This document shows, piece after piece, positions 51,750-62,800 of a DNA stretch of 64,000 bases (the stretch's first letter is position 1; every line of letters starts with the position of its first letter). Source of the stretch: Nitrospirales bacterium (GTDB lineage: Bacteria; Nitrospirota; Nitrospiria; Nitrospirales; UBA8639); NCBI GenBank assembly GCA_963555755.3, contig OY820905.2, forward strand, positions 3,712,001 through 3,776,000. The letters are read 5' to 3'. The translations under genes and the position numbers were made by a program. The notes beneath the pieces are model-generated. The model saw only the letters and a list, made by a program, of their open reading frames with translations, was not told where the DNA came from and searched no databases.

Positions 51750-52304
51750 ACCTAGAAACAGCAGTTGGATCACAAAAGTCCGCGTAAGCTCTTGACGCAA
51801 CCTAGGAGCCTGTCCAAGATTAGACTGATCAACTGTGGGTGTGCTGGAGGTGGCCAGATCTTCCGATCCTTTTCGGGGAATGTTGAAAAAGACCGCCAGC
51901 TGCGTTCTCGGGCTTTTGGTGTGCTCACGTACTCCGTGTACGCTCCGCGCGCCAAAACCCCTGCGGCCTTGCTGGATGGCCTTTTTGAACATTCCCCGTT
52001 TTCGTTAAATAGTCACCACTATTCGCCTCAAACGATCGAAACATCTGACTCAAACCAGCACCCCCTCGTCACGATCGCAAATCTTGGACAGGCACCTCGC
52101 AAAATAAAAAAAGTCTCATCACCACCAGAGATTACCCCCCCACTCTTGTCATTTCGACCCTTGGGAGAAATCTGTGGTTCGGCAGAAGGGAGATTTCTCC
52201 CAAGGGTCGAAATGACAGCCCCGAGGTGACTACGACTTTTTTTATTTCACCATGCACGCCAATATCTTACACGTCTTTTTTGCGCCCAACTGCCGTTTCT
52301 AGGT
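51750..52304. mobile_element. Family E copy carrying F (51806-52095), itself carrying G (51874-51998), plus palindrome H (52147-52217)
   Basis: ACCTAG/CTAGGT ends with a TAA duplication; each inner element retains its own TIRs. Confidence 0.88.
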
Positions 52305-52510
52305 TAAATCGTTGAAGAGGGCACAATGAGATTTTGCAGCTACGAGAGGCATAGGGATGGCTCAACAGGCCCTGAAGGAATAACACACGAGAGTGTTGCT
52401 TCACTCTACGCATGGTGCAGCACGAAACTATCCTTGTTTTCTCTTTTTTTCTCAACGTGTTAGATTTGCAGAGCTTGTTCAAACCTAATCCATAAATTTT
52501 CAATGAGCCC

Positions 52511-55500
52511 TTGCTTGCCAGTGGCATGACTGCTTCAGACCCCGACACTAACCCGCCCCCAACGCCGAAACCATCGGGAATAAGACGAGTCTTGAAATGG
52601 CTGGGGGTTTTCGCCGGCCTTGTTTTGATCCTTGTGTTGTGCGTCGTCTTGCTGTTGACCTATTGGTTCCCCTCTGAATTGGTGCGTGAGGAGTTAGAAG
52701 TGCGATTGTCTGACATGCTGGATGGGACGGTGCGCATTCGGGGTCTGTCCTTTAACCTTTTGCATGGACTGAGCTTACAGCACGTCGAATTTCAGAAAGG
52801 CCCACAGCCCATGCTTGAACTCGATCGTTTGGTTTTAGATTACAGCCTGTTCGGTCTTCTCCAGCAGAAGTTGAAAATCAATGAGGTTCGCATCGACGGA
52901 GCTGATCTTTCTCTCAACTTGGCAGAGTTACAGGGGGCTTCGGACGAACACGAGCCAGCTCCGCCTTCGACGGACCCTGGAGCGTTGCCTCCAATCCCTT
53001 TGAGCTTGGATCTCGAATCTTTGATCATCAGTCGGACCAATATTCAATTAGATGTGTCACCGGACCTTGCGGTGACGGTGCGTGATCTCAACCTTGAACT
53101 GTCTGGTGGAGTCGAACACGATCTTGTTCAACTCAAGGGTGTGGTGGTGGTGGCGCAAGTGGGGGTTGATCTTGAGGAGAAGGAACTCCGTTTTCCCCTT
53201 GGTCTGAGCTTCGATGTCAAAGCGGATTTGCCCTCACAACATCTGACCCTTGACCACGTGACGGTCACCTCAGAGCCGACGCTAGATTTGACGCTATCGG
53301 GAACAATCGAGGAGTTTCTCGGCAATCCGTCTGTTGATCTTTCGCTAGATGATACTCGGTTTGATATCCAGCGGATCTTGGCCTTAGTCCATGACTTTGT
53401 GCCAGCGGAATTTCATGATGTAAATGTCTCCGGAATCCTATCGCCCACATTGTTCGTCAAGGGAGGGCTTGGGGAGAGTGGGTTTTCCGGAGCGGTGAGC
53501 ACGGGCCTTGCGATTCAGGGTTTACAGACAGATCTTACCCAGTTTGAGATAAAACTCCATCCCACGAATGTGGAAGTGAATCTGACGGATGTGGTGATTA
53601 AAGACAATATGCCTGATGCCGGAACCATTGAGATTCACGTTCAGTCAGACAAGGCGGCGTTCCAGATTTATGAGGTCGAGGGCTTGGACTTTCAGTTTTC
53701 AGGAGATTACTTTGCCTTGGGGCCTGTGTCTGTGAAAATGAATGTTTCGGGCACAGCCAATTTACCGCCTCAAGAGCCGCTTGCGGCACTGACGCTTCCA
53801 TTCGCCGTACGACTCGACGCGCTTGGAAACTATCGTACGCAGGATGCCAAGATCAAACAGTTGGTGGTGGAATTGGGCAACCTACTGACGGTTCAACTCG
53901 ACGGGACTGTGAAACCCAATCCGGGTTCGCCCCAGACCATGAGTGTCGATCTGAAAACGCGGCTTGAACCTCACCTTGAGCATATTTTTCCCCTCGTTCC
54001 TCAAAATCTGTTACAGGATTTTTCTATTGAAAAACTCACTGCGCCGGATTTTCTCACCGTCCACGTTCAAGCGAGACTCGATACAGAGTATCGGCCGCTT
54101 GATGCAGACGTCTCAGCCAGAGGGAATGTGGGCAACATGACCATCAGGCAGAAAGCATTCTCTGCTGGAGGCACCCTCGACACCATGAATGTTGTTCTTG
54201 CGACCCGGTATAATGCTCAGAGGGAGGATGTCAGGGGATCCGTAACCGGGAACCTGACTCTCGTAGGTCTTGACTATGGGGAGATGGCTGCGGTTGGGCA
54301 AGTTGGTTTGGCGTTGGACACCTCCTTTAGCGGACGGCTCTCTTCCACCTTTGAGCTCAGCGAGTTGTTGTCTGAGCAAGCGTTAACCCTGTTGGTAAAG
54401 AACCTGCAGTATACCTCTCCGGAATTAGGGGTGGGCTTGGAGGAATTGACGTTATCCGCCACACTCCATGAAGACTTTGATGAACAACATTTTACGGTCG
54501 ATGAACTTCGTGTGACCAGTGAGTCGCTCATGGATGTGATGCTCGCCGCTGACTTTCACCAGGAGTCGAAGAGCTTTGATGTTTCGCTCGATATTCCCTA
54601 CGTGAATGTCGGGGAGTTGCAAAGCAAGTTGTCTGGTGAGGCAGTACAGAGTCTGAATGAATTGAATCCCGGGGGTACGATGTCACTTTCCATGAAGGCT
54701 TCGGGCCGAGTGCCTGAGGAACAGGACATCCAAGCATTGGACATTCCCGTTGCCCTGACCACCAAGCTTTCTTTGGACAACGTGCATGGAGCCTTTGCCG
54801 ACTATCTGGTGAATGGCGCTGAAGGCACGGTCTCTTTTTCTTTTGTGCCGGGCGATCGTCCTGTGGTGCAGGTGGAAACCGATCTTACGTTTGCCGAGGT
54901 GTTGTTGGAACCGGGGTTACCGCTTGAGCGTCTGTCCGGGACATTTGCCAAGTTTAATATCATGACGACAAATTTTGATGAAGTTGCGGTAAATACGTTG
55001 CATGTCGGAATGGACGGCGCGGATGTTTCCCTGGAAGGTACGATTGGCGGCATTCGAGAGATCATTGAAGGTAAGGGCAATGTGATGTCGAACTTGCCGG
55101 ATATGTTTGCCCAAGTGAACACCACTGTTCAGGTAAGCCTCGATGAATTTCAAACGGTGTTGCAGCCGATGGGGCTCATTGGCACAGGACAAGTTCAGGT
55201 TGGTGTGTCTCTCTTAAAGAAGGAGCGTGGCCCCCTGGCTCTGAAGCTGAATCTGGGAAGCCGAGGTATCCAATTCAGTCAGGAGGGAACACGAATAGAA
55301 AATATGGATGGGCAGATCACCATCCGAAAGCGACTGAACTGGATTGAAAACGCCGGTGCCAAATCCCAGACACGAATGTTTCGTCCAACTGATGTGCTGT
55401 CTCAGTTGCGTTCGATTAAAGGAAAAGAAAAGAGTTTGGCCGTTGAACGTCTCGATCTTGGATTGATCTCGGTGTCGAACTTTTCCGCGAATATTCTGTT

Positions 55501-56101
55501 TGATCAAGATGCCTTCAAGGTTCAAAATTTAGCCATGAATCTGCTGAATGGGGGGGTGGGCGGAAACATTATCGTGACCGGTGGTAAGGCGTTTGGTGTG
55601 GCAGGGCGATTTGAAGCGGCGCATCTCGACCTCAATCAATTGCTTGATGACACGCAACGAATATCCGGAGATAACCTGCTGGATGCGACCATTGGCCTGT
55701 CGGTCTTTTTTGACAAAGAGACCGGAGCGCTGGATCTGAGTCGAACTGAGGTGAAGCTGTTTATCACGCATATTGGCCAGGAAGCCGTTGATCGGTTGTT
55801 GGTATTGCTGGATCCCGAAGGCAGTAATCCCACCTTGGTTTCCGCGCGGTCGCAAATCACACTCGCCAATCCGTCCAAGGTGTCCCTGCAATTGACAAGA
55901 GGAATGCTGGGTTTGGAGATTCTGTTTAGTGAAGGCTTCCTCCAGCCGTTTCGGCTCAATCGAATTCCGATCGGGAAGATCAAACAATTTAAGGCTGTCA
56001 CGGAAGGCATTCCCGGTTGGGACAATGTGAGAGAGATCATGGCCTTTGTTGGCGCTCAGTCTTATGGTCTGGATGAACAGGGAAAACTGGTGCTGCAGTA
56101 A
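52511..56101 (+). CDS. Large AsmA-like/YdbH-like envelope protein (start may be ATG 52526)
   Basis: Single N-terminal TM helix after RRVLKW, then ~1100 aa of alternating hydrophobic beta-strand pattern; INEVRIDGADLSL is AsmA N-terminal-like. Confidence 0.7.
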   Translation: MLASGMTASDPDTNPPPTPKPSGIRRVLKWLGVFAGLVLILVLCVVLLLTYWFPSELVREELEVRLSDMLDGTVRIRGLSFNLLHGLSLQHVEFQKGPQPMLELDRLVLDYSLFGLLQQKLKINEVRIDGADLSLNLAELQGASDEHEPAPPSTDPGALPPIPLSLDLESLIISRTNIQLDVSPDLAVTVRDLNLELSGGVEHDLVQLKGVVVVAQVGVDLEEKELRFPLGLSFDVKADLPSQHLTLDHVTVTSEPTLDLTLSGTIEEFLGNPSVDLSLDDTRFDIQRILALVHDFVPAEFHDVNVSGILSPTLFVKGGLGESGFSGAVSTGLAIQGLQTDLTQFEIKLHPTNVEVNLTDVVIKDNMPDAGTIEIHVQSDKAAFQIYEVEGLDFQFSGDYFALGPVSVKMNVSGTANLPPQEPLAALTLPFAVRLDALGNYRTQDAKIKQLVVELGNLLTVQLDGTVKPNPGSPQTMSVDLKTRLEPHLEHIFPLVPQNLLQDFSIEKLTAPDFLTVHVQARLDTEYRPLDADVSARGNVGNMTIRQKAFSAGGTLDTMNVVLATRYNAQREDVRGSVTGNLTLVGLDYGEMAAVGQVGLALDTSFSGRLSSTFELSELLSEQALTLLVKNLQYTSPELGVGLEELTLSATLHEDFDEQHFTVDELRVTSESLMDVMLAADFHQESKSFDVSLDIPYVNVGELQSKLSGEAVQSLNELNPGGTMSLSMKASGRVPEEQDIQALDIPVALTTKLSLDNVHGAFADYLVNGAEGTVSFSFVPGDRPVVQVETDLTFAEVLLEPGLPLERLSGTFAKFNIMTTNFDEVAVNTLHVGMDGADVSLEGTIGGIREIIEGKGNVMSNLPDMFAQVNTTVQVSLDEFQTVLQPMGLIGTGQVQVGVSLLKKERGPLALKLNLGSRGIQFSQEGTRIENMDGQITIRKRLNWIENAGAKSQTRMFRPTDVLSQLRSIKGKEKSLAVERLDLGLISVSNFSANILFDQDAFKVQNLAMNLLNGGVGGNIIVTGGKAFGVAGRFEAAHLDLNQLLDDTQRISGDNLLDATIGLSVFFDKETGALDLSRTEVKLFITHIGQEAVDRLLVLLDPEGSNPTLVSARSQITLANPSKVSLQLTRGMLGLEILFSEGFLQPFRLNRIPIGKIKQFKAVTEGIPGWDNVREIMAFVGAQSYGLDEQGKLVLQ

Positions 56102-56199
56102 TGCGTAAAGCGTAATGCGTTATGAGTAAATGGCAAAGGAAAATACAGAGATGAGTTTAGGTCTCTTCACCCATGACGCATCACGTTTTACGCATCACG
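56099..56199. repeat. Heptamer-periodic inverted repeat
   Basis: TAATGCG TAAAGCG TAATGCG ... CGCATCA CGTTTTA CGCATCA CG. Confidence 0.7.
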
Positions 56200-56248
56200 A
56201 TTTTTCAGGAGGAGCCCAATGATGCCTCATCAAGGAGGAACACATACC

Positions 56249-56818
56249 ATGAAGCACATGAGTCAAACCATCCTTTGGCTCGTCCTAGTCTTTGTCGCTG
56301 GATGTGGTGGACCCTTGGTGGGTGTCACGGTAGTCGATGAGCGAACAGCCTTGGAAAATCAGGTGTTGGGAACCTATGAAGAGTTAAACCAGGAAGTGCT
56401 CTTAGTCGCGTCGGTTCGCTACATCGATCCCAAAGGAAAATTGAAAAAGTCTGCGGAAATTCCTTCCGGGAAGAAAAAGGTGATTCGGGCTCTCCAGCGT
56501 GCGTCATTCAATAAAGATGATATTGATCAGTACAAAGAACATGGGGTGCTCGGAGAGAACAATCAAGGTGGGATTACGCTCCTAGCCTCTGACAAGGTTC
56601 CCCCTGACCAATTGCCCTTTGTGGAACATCTGGTTCAGGAAGAAAACGCCGATCGTGAGATGGTCATGCGTCGGGTCATCGAGACGAATGAGAAACTCTC
56701 CAAGAAGGATTTTCCAAGGGTGAAAAAAATGTTTGCTTCATTAAATCGTGACAAAGCTTTGGCCGGGCACTTGATCCAATCCGAGGATGGCAAATGGACG
56801 AAAAAGGAAAAGAAATGA
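56249..56818 (+). CDS. Lipoprotein with YdbL/DUF1318-like domain
   Basis: AGGAGG RBS; lipobox VAGC; K..GVLGENNQG, LVQEENADR and G..IQSEDGKWTKK resemble YdbL. Confidence 0.75.
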   Translation: MKHMSQTILWLVLVFVAGCGGPLVGVTVVDERTALENQVLGTYEELNQEVLLVASVRYIDPKGKLKKSAEIPSGKKKVIRALQRASFNKDDIDQYKEHGVLGENNQGGITLLASDKVPPDQLPFVEHLVQEENADREMVMRRVIETNEKLSKKDFPRVKKMFASLNRDKALAGHLIQSEDGKWTKKEKK

Positions 56819-59800
56819 CAATAATCTGTTCGTCCCGCATCACGAGATTTCCAAAATCTTTAAAGAAGCTGATGTGGAGTCTTCTGTTCCTCGTGATGAG
56901 TGTTTTCTCTAGTCCCTGGCTCGGACAGGCTGCTGATGTTCATCAGGTCACCACGCATCCTGCACTGGAATATTTTCCTGCACCATCTCAAGACGGACGA
57001 TTTCTGGCCTTTGTGTCCGAACGATCGGGAAATGCGGACATTTGGTTGAAATCCTTGAGCCTTGGCGTAGTGTCCTTGCCCCGTCAACTAACGACGCATC
57101 CAGCCGTCGATAGAGATCCGTCCTTGAATGCTGAAGGCAGTCAATTGCTGTATGTCTCTCATAAGTCTGATCCTCGGGGAGACGTGTATCTGATGAATCT
57201 GACGACCGGCGAAGAGGAGCGACTCACCGGTTTAGGTACGGCAGATTCATTGCCGCAATGGGGAGAGGACGGAAATTCAATATTGTATCTCTCCCAGGAT
57301 GTGGTTTCTGGTGTTCAAACATTGAAACGACGAGCCGTAGCCAGTCATCAATCAACCACTCTGCTTTCAAATGTGTCCGCGTATACGATTGGGCCGGATG
57401 GCTGGATCGTGGTTTCGCAAAATGGAACATTGTTCCTTTTCAATGAGCAGACACCAGATCACGTGAAAAGCTTGGACGTGTCTTCGGGGTTGAACATGTG
57501 GTCGGCGATAAGTGGCGATCACTCTGTGGCCTGGACCCATTACGCGCAAGACAGCAATAAGGATGGGGTGTTGGATGCGAACGACGAATCTTCCATCTGG
57601 TTTGGTCAATGGGATTTCCAAGGCGGCACACAGCTCAGTCAGTATCACATGACGTCCTTAGGCCAATTCCATCTCTACCCGGCAGCGGCCCAAGGGTTTG
57701 TCTATTTTACGGATTTGGAAAAAGGGGACATCTTTCGAATCCGAATACAGGAATTTCTCGACGACTATTCCTCATTTGATCAGGCCAAAACACTGGCCGA
57801 CCGGCTATTGGATCGAGGCGAGATCAACAAGGGATTGGTCGTCCTCGCCAATATCTCGCGAAATTTGACGCAATCTCTTGATGAGGAAACCCGTGCCGAA
57901 TTTGATTTTGCCTACGCGGAACAGTTGATCGAGGCTGGTGAGTTTGTGCGAGCGCAACACGTGATCGAACCGTATGCAGAATCTTCAGGCGGGATTGGTG
58001 CGTTAGCAAACATTCACAAGGTCGTTCTGCCTCTGTACCAGCAAGCCCCTTCTATGAGTGAGGATGAACTCAAACGTGAGGTGAAAGCAGGCGCTGATGA
58101 GGTCATGGAAATCGGAGAAGTGTATGGAGAAAACGAAATCGTTTATGGCCAGGCTCTGATTGAAGCCGGTCGATTATATATGTTGATTGAAGATTCCCTT
58201 TCGGCTTTGGAATATTTAGTTCGCGTCGATGAGTTGGCGAACAAAGAGATTCGTGCCAAAGCCCTGTTTATCCGGGGAACGGTCTATCGGGGATTGGGAG
58301 ATCAAACCAGTGTACTCACGGTCTTCATTGATGTGATTACGATGTTTGGAGAAGACAGCTCGTGGGGAAAACGTGCGATCGCTCAAGCGATTGCCGTGTC
58401 GGAACAAGGGCAAGATGTGCATGAACACGTTGCCTCGCTTCGGGAACTCATTGCCCAGCAGGACACATTGAAGCTTTTGGTTGGGGCCACGCGGTTACGC
58501 ATCGCGGATTTGCTCGATGAGGCAGGCGAGCAGATCAAAGCTGTTCAAGCGCTTGACCGGTTGTTAGGCGAGCCTCCTCCCGACGTTCTGGCTTCCGACG
58601 CTCTGGTCACACAAGCCTATCGACGGAAAGCCGAGATTTTGGCTGCGGCCGAACGGTATGAGGAAGCGGCAGACATATATGGCATTCTCGTAGAACGAAC
58701 CGGAGAAGATCCGACGATGTTAGAGCAAGCCAAAGAACTCTTGGTCCTGCAACTGGTGAGAGAAGCAAGAAAGGATCGAACCATTGGCGAAGTCCGTATT
58801 GCCGCCAAGGCCTTTCGAAACATTACCGAAGATTACCCGGATTCGGTTGAAGCGCATCGCGGCTATATCAACACGAAGGTGATGCTGGAGGAGCTGCCTG
58901 AGGTGCAGGCGAGGTATCAAAATCTGGTTGCCCAGAAGCCTGATTCCTCGGTGTATCAATATAGTCAAGCCTTGGCGCTGTCCTATGCTCAGCCTCTTGA
59001 CGTGCCCAAAGTGGTGGAAATGCTTGAGGCGGCCATTCGTGTAGATCCGGGGGTTTCGTATTATCATCAGACCTTAGGGTGGGGCTATGAGCAGGAGGAG
59101 CAAATTGGTGGCAAACAAGGCTTTCTGGAAAAGGCGGAACACGAGTATCGGATTGCCCTTGAACTGAATGATGAATTCCGATTTCCTGATGTGGAGTCGA
59201 ATCTCCTCCTGAATCTTGGCAACACCTACCGGACGTTGGGTAATTTTCATGAGGCGTATCGGGCCTATCAACAGCGAGAGTCTGGCTATACACCAGCTGG
59301 GGATTCCGTGACTGAATTGCTGTACCGAAAAAACTATGGCGAGGCGTGCTTTAAGAGTGGGCGAACGGATGAAGCCTTGGTGCAGTATCAGTTAGCGTTT
59401 CATCGTGTTCCGGAAGACCAGAAAACTCTCAAAGCCGAATTGCTTGAACGGATTGCCCTCTCCTATCAAGACCTGGGAGACCATGCCAAAGCCGTCGATG
59501 CCTTTTCACAGGCATTGGAAATTAATCTCGAACTTGGCAACACAAAAAATCTTGCGCTGTTGCAACGGAACATTGGGGTGAGTCTGTACAACTTGAGCGT
59601 ATCCAGTTCAGGTGGGAGACGGGAGGCATTGAAGCGGGCGCTGAAAAACTATTTCACGAGCCTCGATACCCTCAAGCAATTTGGCGGAAAACAACAAAAG
59701 GAAAGCGCTGGTTTATTCAACGTCGATGTGGCGCTGGATGAGGGTGGCTCACAGGCTGCCACTGGATTTGACCAGAAGGGCGAACAGAAATTGATGTTTA

Positions 59801-62800
59801 GTTATATTGCGGGCACCTATGAGCGACTGGCTGAACCTGGCCCGGCGCGTGACTACTATCTGAAAAAACTTGAACTCATCTCTGAGACTGGTTTAACCGC
59901 GGGCAATGTGGGGCTCCTCACGGAAAAAGCCGTCGTACTGAACCGTGTTGGGTTGCTGTCTCATCAATTGGGTGAGGATGCCCAAGCCTTGGACTATATC
60001 CGGCAGTCCCTTGGCTACACCAAGACGTTAAGGTTGCCTTTTGGGACGGGAGTCAACCTGTATAATCTGTCGCGGTTGGCTGCTGAGGGTGTGCTTGGGG
60101 GACAGCCTGTTGATTGGACGATAATGACAACTCTCGTCGATGGTCTTGACCAGCACCTCGCAGAAGACCATGACGATGCTGCAACGTTTTATGCCCTGAC
60201 CAACACCGCTTTTTTGTTGTATCACTTGACCGAACCCCCACTCTTGGTTTCTCAAGATAGCGAAGGGACCATACAGGCCATGCATGCCTTTTATGACATG
60301 AAAAGTAAGGTATGGTCCTATTATACCAAGGCCGAAGAACTCTTGGTGCAGGGCTCAGTGCTTCCTGAAGGTCAGGTGTTGCCTACACAAGTTATTCTTA
60401 AGCTGAACAGGATGGAACTCGCGCAAGAGGCTGGAGAGCAGGAATCGTACCTGAAGATACAAGATGAATTATTGGCCCTGGTCGAACACCAAAATATTTC
60501 GAATGGTTGGTTGGGGTATGTTGCGCAAGCCGAGCAAGCTACTGATCAAGCCGAGCGGCAAGCCTTGCTCGCGCAAGCCTTTGATGCAGTGATGGCGCTG
60601 CCTTCACAGGTCTCCAATCCACAACAGGGAACAACCGCGGTTCTTGCTGGTTTGCAGACCTTATCTCGAATGTATGTGGATCAATTGGTAGAAGCTGAAT
60701 CCTATGCTCAGGCATTCGAAGTGGCCGAACGGCTGGACATGCGGGCTATGGTTATCCAATTGCAAGCGTCACTTGGTGAAGAGTTTTTCTTCAAAGGAGT
60801 GGGCGAATACGAAAGTGACCTTCGGGGTTTGTTGGCTGAGATCCGAAACAGTTTGGCCACGGCAAGGACTGAAGAAAGCGAAGCCTTGCTCATGGAACTC
60901 GAAGAGCTGTTATTTGGGCTGTATGAAGAATACCCGGCTGCCACGAGTTATTTCTGGCAATATCCGCCGCCAGAAGAAACGATGTCTCTCGTCTTGAACC
61001 CTGATCGAGTCTATCTCAAGGTCGTTGAAGGGATGAATCAGTTTCATGGGTTTATCCATGATGGGGCTGCAGTCCACTATGTTCCACTTGAAATGAGTGA
61101 AGGACGAGTTTCGGTGAAGGAGGTTCTGGGAGATTGGCTTTCAGGTGAAAGCCCCATGTATCTTTCAGTTCCGGATAATCATAGGCGAATGGTTACTCTG
61201 GCCCTGGCACCTACGAAGCCCGTGACGCGAGTATTCGGTTTTTATGACTTTGTGAGCGGGTATCACCAGCGAAGTGTTTTTTATTCCAATGTCGGGATTA
61301 TCGGTGAGTTGGCATTGGACCCCGGGCTCACAGCCGGTGATGTGCCGCTCTTGTCGCAACCATTGACTGGGGTCCCCAAGCACGATCATCCGATTGTGGA
61401 TCAATTGGACGTGTTAATTGCAACCCAACCACCTCAGGCGTTCAACTTTGTCTTGGCCGAAGAGTTGAAAGTACGAGAGCTCTTGCCGGTGGCGCGGTTG
61501 GCTGGGCGACCACACCATACGGCGGTTCTTTTTCATTCTCAGTCCTCCCGGGCTTCCTCAAATCCAGTCTTGATCTCGGCGCTCCTCCGAGCCGGGTTCC
61601 CGCATGTGGTGGTGGTTCGCGGCAATGACAATGAAAAAGCCGCGAGCCAGTTTGCCTCGCTGTACTTGGCCTACTTGAATGATGTGCCTCCCGACGAAGC
61701 CGTGTTCATGGCCAGAAGTGATGTGTGGGGGGCACAAGTGGGTTCCGCGCACGTCGAACTGTTTGGCTATGCGGGCATGAATGAGGAAGAGCGTGCCGAG
61801 TTTGCCGCATCCATTTACGATGAAGAGTTGGCAGCAGCCGTCAGCCTCTTTCAGGAAGACCAATTCGAACCGGCGTTGCAAAAAATGGAACATGCGCTTT
61901 CGGTGATTCATTATGCGGATAAATCCTCAGATTTTGCGGATTTGACCAAGCTGGCCGTGGATGCGTCTTTCAAGATTGGGAATTATCACAATGCCGTGTT
62001 TCATCAGAAGCGACTCCTGGAATCGCTTGATGAATCCACGCAACCCGAGGAACGCTCGGAAGCCTTGTATCGCTTGGGCATTCTCTATTCGCGGTCGGAA
62101 CAGTTCGATGAATCCATTCGGTATTTAGACGAAGCCATTCAATGGTGGACCAAAGCCGAGGAACTGGATCGTTTGGCTGAAGGCATCGCGCAATTGGGCG
62201 TGGTGCGGGAAAATATGGGGGCCTATTCCGATGCGTTGACGGAATTCGGCCGGTCGTTTGAGCTCTATGAGGAGATTGGCGAGATTGGCGATGTGGCCAC
62301 GCAGCATCGTCGCATTGGCCGGATTTATTACTTGCGATTAGGCCGATATGAAAAAGCCAGAGAACAGTTTCACGCGGCTCTCGACCTGTACCGCGAACTT
62401 GAAGATTCCAATGGGGAAGCCGAGACCTTGTTTGAGATTGGTCTGACCTACGAAAAGATGGGATTGTTTGATGAGGCCGATGAACAGTATCAGGCAGGCA
62501 ATCACATCGGCCAAGCGATTGAGTCGCCCTATCTGTTAGCGACAGGCAATTTGTATTTGGCCAATACGGCCTGGTTTCGAGGCGATTACCAAGAGGCGTT
62601 TCAGAATCTCACGCAGGCTGGCAAACAAGCCGATGCGGCTCAAGATGCGCAGCTCACCATTATGGTGAAAAATACGCGAGGCCTGATGTATTGGACCTTG
62701 AACGATTTGGATAAGGGGCTGACGCATTTAAAGCAAGCCGTGGTCTTGGCGGAAAAAACGGATATCAAAACCGAGCTGGCTTCGTCACTCAATAACTTGG

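Noticed and set aside
2227..52304. Dispersed repeats as a CRISPR array
   Set aside because: There is no regular repeat-spacer periodicity and no cas gene; the elements have TIRs and TSDs.
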